From Girardia tigrina (taxonomy: Eukaryota), in the NCBI GenBank assembly GCA_001938485.1, contig MQRK01239354.1, forward strand, positions 1 to 53,033: 53,033 bases of DNA, given 5' to 3'. This document shows, one piece after another, positions 27,665-36,600 of the stretch. The translations under genes and the position numbers were made by a program. How positions within the stretch are numbered: position 1 is the first letter of the stretch; each line of letters opens with the position of its first letter. The notes beneath the pieces are model-generated. The model worked only from the letters and a program-made list of their open reading frames with translations. It was not told the DNA's origin and did no database searches.

Positions 27665-30600
27665 TACGAAAAGACCAGTCATGTATGACGGGGGAGTTAA
27701 ACCTTAACCCTAACACTAACCCTTACCCTAAGTATTAAAGTATTAAAGTACTAATTACCCAATAATACTTTAATAAATAATAATATTTAATTCTGAATAT
27801 TCCTTTTAAAGTTAATAAACCTTTTAAAATTATATTATTAAAAAAATTAATATTCATATACTAAATTTCCGAAAATTGCTGATGATGATGTATATAAAAC
27901 ATCGAAACATGTTCAATAATTATATAAAAAAACTTTAATCAAATTATATTTTCAAAATATTAAACTTATATATATATTTAAATTAATTTAATTTATTTAA
28001 AGATAATATTGAGGTTGCTTTACTTTTTCAATTTCGGATATTGATCGATGGGTTATAGTGTCTTATTAGTAATTATTCATAATACAACCTCTCATAATGT
28101 GAATCAAAATTCTTCTGAAGAATAGAAAATTTATCTTTAGAAATAGATGAAATTCTTTCGTTGTAACATCTGCGTGAGGAATATTTTAAATTGTTTGAAT
28201 GTGTAAATGTATTTATGCTGTATGTTGATTTAAGTATGTTGAATTTAGAATTGTGATTCTCCTACCCAGATGGAAATTGGTATTTTTTTATTTAATTTAA
28301 AGTGATTGATTATTTGAACATAATTAAAATATAAATATTTTAAAAAATGATTTAGAAAAATTGTTTGAATAATCATGAATAAAAATAGAAATAAGTAAAC
28401 CAAATAGAATGATGACAGACAATGAAAGACTTTCTGAGAGTCATAAAGACTCTAAATGTAATTGTAATAAAAATTCAAACGAGACTTGTCTAAATGTTCT
28501 TAATATGGCGACACACGACTCTGTGACACCAATTATCAAGGGACCAGAGACATTCGTTGGGTCAGAAGCAAAATTAGAAGAATTCCTAATAAGCTTTGAG
28601 AGATATTCAAAGATTCTTTGATTTAAGGAAGAAAGAAAAGCAATATTAGTTACAGCATTCATGACCCTAGAAGCGATAAACAAATATGAGAAAACACAAG
28701 GAGGTAGTTGGGTAACAAGAATGAGAAGTGCATTCTCGAAAGAGAAAAATATTTTGGAAATAATGAAGGAGCTTATTTATTAGAATCGGGGATAAAAATC
28801 CATCAGAAGTATTTAAAAAGATTGATGAACTAATGGAGAAACTATTTGAGAAAAAAATAGGAAAAAAAGAACTTTCAGATCTAGCATACGCCAACGCCAT
28901 CGAAGATAGAGAAGTAAGAAGAAAAATGTATCTGAGAAATATCACAAAAGCAGAAGATATAAAGAATATCCAGGAGAAAGTTTACGAATTTGAGATGAAA
29001 GACTAGAATATAAGAGTGGACGCGTACACGACGAAGCAAAATAAAGAATGGAAGAAAGTATAATATAGAACAAGAAGACCGAGACCAAGATACGAGGAGA
29101 GAATGATCGAAGAACCAAGAAGAAATTTTAAAGCGAGAATGATCATACATCGGACCTGCCATGAAGAAGGACATGTGAGACGGGAATGCCCAACCATTGT
29201 AATGCAACCATCGTAATAAGAAAGGACATGTAAGAACACAATGTTATGATAATCCGAACAGATTTAGAGAGCACGAACAATCTGGAAGAGAAGATACAAG
29301 GAATAGATGATATGACCGAAAAGAATACACAAACACACATTACAGAGGTCGGATGGGATATACGAATAGAAGAGACCAAGTAGCAGAATTAGAATACTTC
29401 GATGACGACTGGGAAAGAATGTCGGAAAGATCGATTCTCCCACCTAGATGGAAATTGGTATTTTTTTTATTTAATTTTAAAATGATTGACTATTCGAACA
29501 TAATTAAAATAATCATTTTATAAGCTCATATTTTTAATTTAACAATTAAAATTAAGTTTAATATTTTTTGGTAAAATTTAAATAAAATGCATTTTTAATA
29601 ATTTTTAATAAGAAATTTAAAAAATAATGGCAAAATTTTATAATTAAGAACGCCATTAAAATCAAATTTTATTGCAATATATTTTATTGCAATATATATC
29701 CACCGAAATATATTGCAATAAAATTTGATTTTAATGGCGTTCTTAATTTTAATAATTTGATGACATTTTTATTATTTGTGGATTTATTGAGAAATGTTAA
29801 AAATTATTATTTTTAATTAATATTTTTTAGAAGTTAAATATTTTAAAAAATGACTTAGAAAAATTGTTCGAATAATCATGAATCAAAATACAAATAAAAA
29901 ACTAATTAGAATGATGACAGACGATGAAAGACTTTCTGAGAGTCATAATGACTCTAAATGTGTTAGTAATAAAAATTCAAACGAGACTTGTCTAATAATC
30001 TGCATTAATCAAGAACCTTACTTGATATACTTGACTGTTAGTGTTTACTAATACGTGTTTTGAAATAACGATTTTGCTCTCCAATGTGGGCCTCCCATAT
30101 TTTTCAAATTGTATTGAGCCTGATAGTCGTTGGGCGGATTATTATGTTGGGGGAAACGTTTAATATTACCTTAGCAACTTCAAAACAACTCCGATAAGTC
30201 TCACAATCATCGTAAAGATTCAAAATCAATTGTGCCGTCCTCTGAGATCGACTCAAATCCGCATATAATTCATCAATGTCGATATTTTCTTTAATTTCAA
30301 AATTTATCGATAAATCCTTCATTTTTCCCATCACATCCGCGGTACATTGCCCACTTTCCCAATTACTGTCCAAATATCTTTTAAAAATTTCATTATTAGT
30401 TTTCATCATTTATCAGTTGTCACTCTTCAACCAAAGTTACAGAAAAATAGTCAAAAACGCAATTAAAATCCGATACAAAGCTTTAAATTAAAAAACAATT
30501 AATGGTGTCTTCTCCAAATCAAAACGAAAGATTTTCGCGCCAGAAAAAAATTATGAATTCATTAAAACAACACAAATTCATTAGCATAAAAATTCTTTTT

Positions 30601-33600
30601 CCATAATGTTATTAATCCTTTTTTTAAATAGTTTTTTATTTTAATTTTCACCATTTTCATCAAAACAGAACCTCTAGGCTCTTTAGAGGGTCCACCAAAA
30701 ATAAAGAGTCACTAGCAGTCCTCGATAGGCCCCCTACGAGGTCGGATAGTTTTTGTCTCCGAGATCTTTTTGACTTCCCTGTAAGAAATGACCACCCATG
30801 GGTTGTATATCCATGATTCTGCATACCTTTGTCACTATTCGTGGACTTCATAAAACCGCGAAAGGGACATCTGCACTATCCCCCTGCAGTGAGATTTGCA
30901 ATTCTAAAAGTCAGATGTATTTCTTTAGCGTGTCCTGACATCTTAACACATGTCAACTCATCATGTCATTTCATCACATCCAAATCAACACACGACTTCT
31001 TCATCTCCTGACATCTCATCACATCGTCATTTCACCACGCAATTATTATCTAATCAATGCACACAAATAAATTTTTAAAAAAATTAAAATAAAAATTAAA
31101 TAAAAAATTAAAACATTATTAGTAAATATTAAATAATTAGAAATTAATAAAAAATGTACAAAAAATTAAGAAATATCGAAATAAAATTCATCATGTGACA
31201 CTTAATCATGTGAGACATCACCACATCACATTTAATCACATTGTTAATTTTAACACTATATTTTTAACACTCCTTTAAATTTAAAAATTATCTTGCACTT
31301 TAGTTAAAGTCTGTCTTCTTTAAATTATATTTTTAAAAACTTCATAAAATTATTTAAATTCCGTAATTTAAGGTCGTACATAAACAATAACTTTTATTAT
31401 ATTTTCAATTTAAAAAATGGAAAGAAGAGAAATTTCCAAAGAAATACAGTACGGAAAAACGATTAGAAATGCACCATCTCTTATCGGTCGCATGAATATT
31501 TGAAACACCGCATTACATTCGAAGAAGTTATTCATTGGGGATGTAATAAGTTTCAAAATGCAAAAGGCAGATCAATTATTCATATGAAAGGAGATGTCTT
31601 TGTCAAAAAACCTCAAGATCACAACCATGATATCATTCCATTTAGGCCTCTTGCAAATCAAGCTGTTGCCAAAATGAAAGAGGTGATGAAGCATCGGGAC
31701 GCAACTCCTAGACTGGCAGCTTCACAAATTATCGAGAATTTATCAGTTGGAATCAAGATATCTTTATCACGCACTTTGCACAGAGCAAGACAATCAGTTA
31801 AGAATATGGTAGCAATTCCCAATACATTCATTTTGAAATTCCAGAAAAGTATGCTCCTTTTATACTATATGATTCAGGTATCGAAGATAATGAACGAGTC
31901 TTTATATTTGGTAAAAGTGAGTTGTGATGTCTGCTAGGGAATAAAGTAAACTGGGTAGTTGATAGAACATTTAAAGTTTTACCTAACCTGTTTTTTCAAT
32001 TGTACACAATAGATGTGCAAAAAGAAAGTCATAAATGGCCTTCCGTATTAGTATTATTACTCGGAAAAACGGTACAATGTTATATAAAAAGAAACAATTC
32101 TGAATCATCAAATTTGAAACATTGTTTTCGTCAAACAATATTTGGTGCGAGCGAAATGGTTCAGCTTCAAGGAAATACCATTGATCGTAATGAATAATGC
32201 AACCAATATGATGTTCTTTTAAGGTCATTCCAATTAGAACGGTGACGCGCTATATTAGTCCTTGAGTATATCTGCTCGTGCCGTCCAGAGGATTAATCCC
32301 AGCAACGATATCGTCCAATCTAATTATTTTATTATCTGCCATTTACGTGTCATCATTTTCCATACATAGTCAAAATAAAATTGTAATTTGTAAGATTTGT
32401 AATCAAGAAGGAAAGTATATTTAGATACAAAAATATATTTTATTTTAAAATGGTAAAGTGACTTTTCCCCCCTTATGTACAAGATTCGTATTTTGCACAA
32501 ATGAAAATTTTGTTCTTTTAAGATACTAATAGATGTTCTATAATGTAATTTTTTGACTTAGTATAAATATAAGCCGTAATATTTTCTTTTGTTTCAACTG
32601 AGATATTTAGTCTACCGGAACGAGGTTTGTCCGGGAAATCAAAAAATCCCTACCTTTCTTTATAAATTAAACTTTTAAACCATATTCACAACCATGGTAA
32701 ATCCATGTGAAATCGTATTTGGTTGACGTGCATTAAATTTATGTATCTTTTAATTTACCATTCATCATGTAAATTTGAATTCTTTCTCCTTTCAATAAAA
32801 ACATATTTATTATGTGGGTGATGAATAAAATGTAAAAATACATTATGCTTTATATTTATTACGCTTAAATATTGTAATACTTCTTTTGTCACATTCTTTT
32901 TGGTGTGAGATTTTTTTTGTTTTCTTTCCTTATTTATGTGACTTTTTCTTACAGATTGATCTATGTCTTTCCTTGTTACTTTCTTTGAAATGTTGTGGAG
33001 GATTTTGTTATTCGTGTGTGTCTTGTTGGATGCAATTTGGGTTTTTTTTATTTTTATCATTTTTTTATTGTTGTATGAGAGGGGGTTTGTATAATTTCTG
33101 AGAACAATCGAGAAAGTGAAAGTGATTAAAAACAGAAATGTATGAAAGACAGAGAATTTTGGGTTATATGTTTTCCCCCCATTTCAGTATTTTTCCTGAA
33201 TGAATAGATAGAATGTTTTGGGATAACTGAGTTTATTTGGTTTACCAAGTTTCATTAAAGTATTACTAACTAGGTTCACCAAAGTCGATAAATTCTACAT
33301 TTTGGTTAGCCTAGTTTGTCTATTTATTATGTTTATCACTATAAAATAGCCAATTTATCTATCTAAAATAATAGGGGTTAAATTTGCTATTTTTATAAAT
33401 ATTAATATTATTATTTGGATTATTTTTACTTTCTATTATTTTCAGAATTTATTAATCTAAAAGATTTAGAAGAATGTTTGTAAAAAAATTATTTTAAAAA
33501 TCTAAATATTAGAGCATTAATAATAAAAAAGCTTTGAATTCTTTTTTGACAAATTTTATTAGATTTAACCAATCCATTTTTGGAATACATAACTGCGATT

Positions 33601-36600
33601 GTTATTGTTTCGCAAGCTGATAACTTTATTTACATTTCATATCATTCGTTTCTATTGTAAATCTACTTTTAAAAAGTAATTTATTTATTTCAGAAATGGC
33701 CGAGGTATTTGATAATATCGCTGTCAAAGAGCCACAAGCAAACGCAAGTGAAGCATTTATGATATTTGCTAAAGGACAACGATGTATGCAGAAATATTTG
33801 GATTTTGCATTCGATGAAATAAATAAAGTTTGATATTAAAGGCAGTTTACAAAAATTATTCACATATTTAAAAAGATAGTTGAAAATCTCAAAATATTCT
33901 TGAAAAAGGTAATTCCTGACACAAGACTCACTATAAAGAAGTATCTAAATGCAAAATTCGAATATTTGGTAAATCTTTTTTTTAATTTAAATACAGTCAT
34001 TTTGATAAGTTTGAAAATCAAATTTTCAAATAAAAATTTTTTAAACTCGTTATATAAAATTTTTTATATTCGTTATTGCAATATCCAAACGTTTTTGTTT
34101 CATTAGACGATTTTCGCATTTAATAAAGAAATTTTAATTTTTTTTATTCGAGTTTCCGGCAATTTATATAGATTAGACACTAAACACCATTAATTAACAG
34201 TTAGAAGCCACTTAAATCAATAAATCTTTACCTAAATTTTTGCATTTTTGGCCATTAATATTTTTTCATAAATTCTACTTTTACCAATTCACAATTCATT
34301 TAATATTTTTATAAATTTGTATAAATCTTTTAAAATGGGTCATGATAATGTAAACAATTATGACAATATTTCCAAAAGCATAATTAAATGCAAAAACAAA
34401 ATTAGGAAATTGACTTATTTCAATTTACATGTTTAAAATAAAATTATTCTAGTCGTACTGCCTTAAAGTAAAAGAAATGGATGATGAAGAATCTTGTTAC
34501 GTTGCAATGCATGAAACTCTGTACAGAATTGAAACCGGAAATTATGAATATCGGTATATTTTATATTAAATATCTTTAATTAAAGTAGAGATGATTAATA
34601 CTCATTTTTATTTTTATTTTAAAATTTATTGTTCAAATGTTATTGTATTAGGGGTACCCAAATGTTATGTCGATTTTTATTGATTTTTAGAAACAAAAAT
34701 AAAACCATATAAAACATTTATTTAATCAGAAAAATAGTCCCCATCGCAATCGATGACCTTTTCCCAACGTGATATAAGTTTTTCTATGCCATTAGAAAAA
34801 AAGGATTCGTCCTTGGATTCGAAAAACTTCACCAGTCCATTTTGGACATCATCCATTGATAGGAATTTGTTACCCTGAAGATAATGTTGCAAAGATCTAA
34901 AGAGATGGTAATCCGAAGGGGCCAAGTCAGGAGAGTATGCCGGATGAGGTAGAACTTCCCATCCCAATTCTTTCAATTTTTGCTGTGTNNNNNNNNNNNN
35001 NNNNNNNNNNNNNNNNNNNNNNNNNNNNNNNNNNNNNNNNNNNNNNNNNNNNNNNNNNNNNNNNNNNNNNNNNNNNNNNNNNNNNNNNNNNNNNNNNNNN
35101 NNNNNNNNNNNNNNNNNNNNNNNNNNNNNNNNNNNNNNNNNNNNNNNNNNNNNNNNNNNNNNNNNNNNNNNNNNNNNNNNNNNNNNNNNNNNNNNNNNNN
35201 NNNNNNNNNNNNNNNNNNNNNNNNNNNNNNNNNNNNNNNNNNNNNNNNNNNNNNNNNNNNNNNNNNNNNNNNNNNNNNNNNNNNNNNNNNNNNNNNNNNN
35301 NNNNNNNNNNNNNNNNNNNNNNNNNNNNNNNNNNNNNNNNNNNNNNNNNNNNNNNNNNNNNNNNNNNNNNNNNNNNNNNNNNNNNNNNNNNNNNNNNNNN
35401 NNNNNNNNNNNNNNNNNNNNNNNNNNNNNNNNNNNNNNNNNNNNNNNNNNNNNNNNNNNNNNNNNNNNNNNNNNNNNNNNNNNNNNNNNNNNNNNNNNNN
35501 NNNNNNNNNNNNNNNNNNNNNNNNNNNNNNNNNNNNNNNNNNNNNNNNNNNNNNNNNNNNNNNNNNNNNNNNNNNNNNNNNNNNNNNNNNNNNNNNNNNN
35601 NNNNNNNNNNNNNNNNNNNNNNNNNNNNNNNNNNNNNNNNNNNNNNNNNNNNNNNNNNNNNNNNNNNNNNNNNNNNNNNNNNNNNNNCTAACTGAAATTA
35701 ATAAATAAAAATGGTAGAGTCAAAATAATGTAGGCGGCAGTTAAACGATTTAGAAAAATATATCAAAAAAAACGACATAACATTTGGGTACCCCTAATAC
35801 ATAAAAAGTAATAATAACGACTCTTTGATCTTGTATTTAAATGAATTTCTGATTTTACATTCAATGAATTTAAACAAATGAATTATATTTCATCCTAATT
35901 CATATCACACACCCCCTTGTCATAAGGGCACACAGATATGCCGAGTCTGAAAAAAACAGGGATTATGTCTCAATTCTGATTCCTCAAACCGCTTTTGTTG
36001 TTGAACCGTTCTGATGGATCTGTTTCCCTCAGATTGGATCTACTGTGGTTCACAGGTTCATTATTCTCAGTTTTATCTTCATCGTCTCGTTCACAATGCA
36101 CTGTTCTCTCTGTCTCGGTTGCTTCATTCTCACCAACTTTTATTTTGGGATCCACTGTTGTTGACGAATTCAACCGGCAAATGTGACTAACATGATACTG
36201 TGTTCCGTCCACTTCGACTTGCTGTGACGATAACATCTCTGGTACCTATAAGCAACATCACAATTTGAGTGTGAACATTTATTAACAACACAAACAGATT
36301 ATTTACAACTATTATCAGTGAGCTTCTTTCTTTGATTGATATAGTTTTGGTTTATGTATTCCAATCTAAAAATCAATTAATGGGAATATTTTAATATTAA
36401 CTTTTAATTTTTCAAAATTTTATTGGATAAAAATGCATTAAGTAATTTTTAAAATAAACATTAGTTTTTTTTAAAATATATATTATAATATAATATATCG
36501 TTTATTAATATCATTTATTAAAAATATTATTAAAATTTATAATTATAAAACTTTTAATTAATTAGTATTTAAAAATTTATCTCATTAAATTAATTTCATT

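Noticed and set aside
28430-28470. CTGAGAGTCATAAAGACTCTAAA hairpin (also ~29935) as a hammerhead
   Set aside because: Lacks correct CUGANGA spacing and the GAAA box.
32755-33101. Lys-rich and Phe-rich ORFs
   Set aside because: Low-complexity, strand-biased sequence with no recognisable domain.
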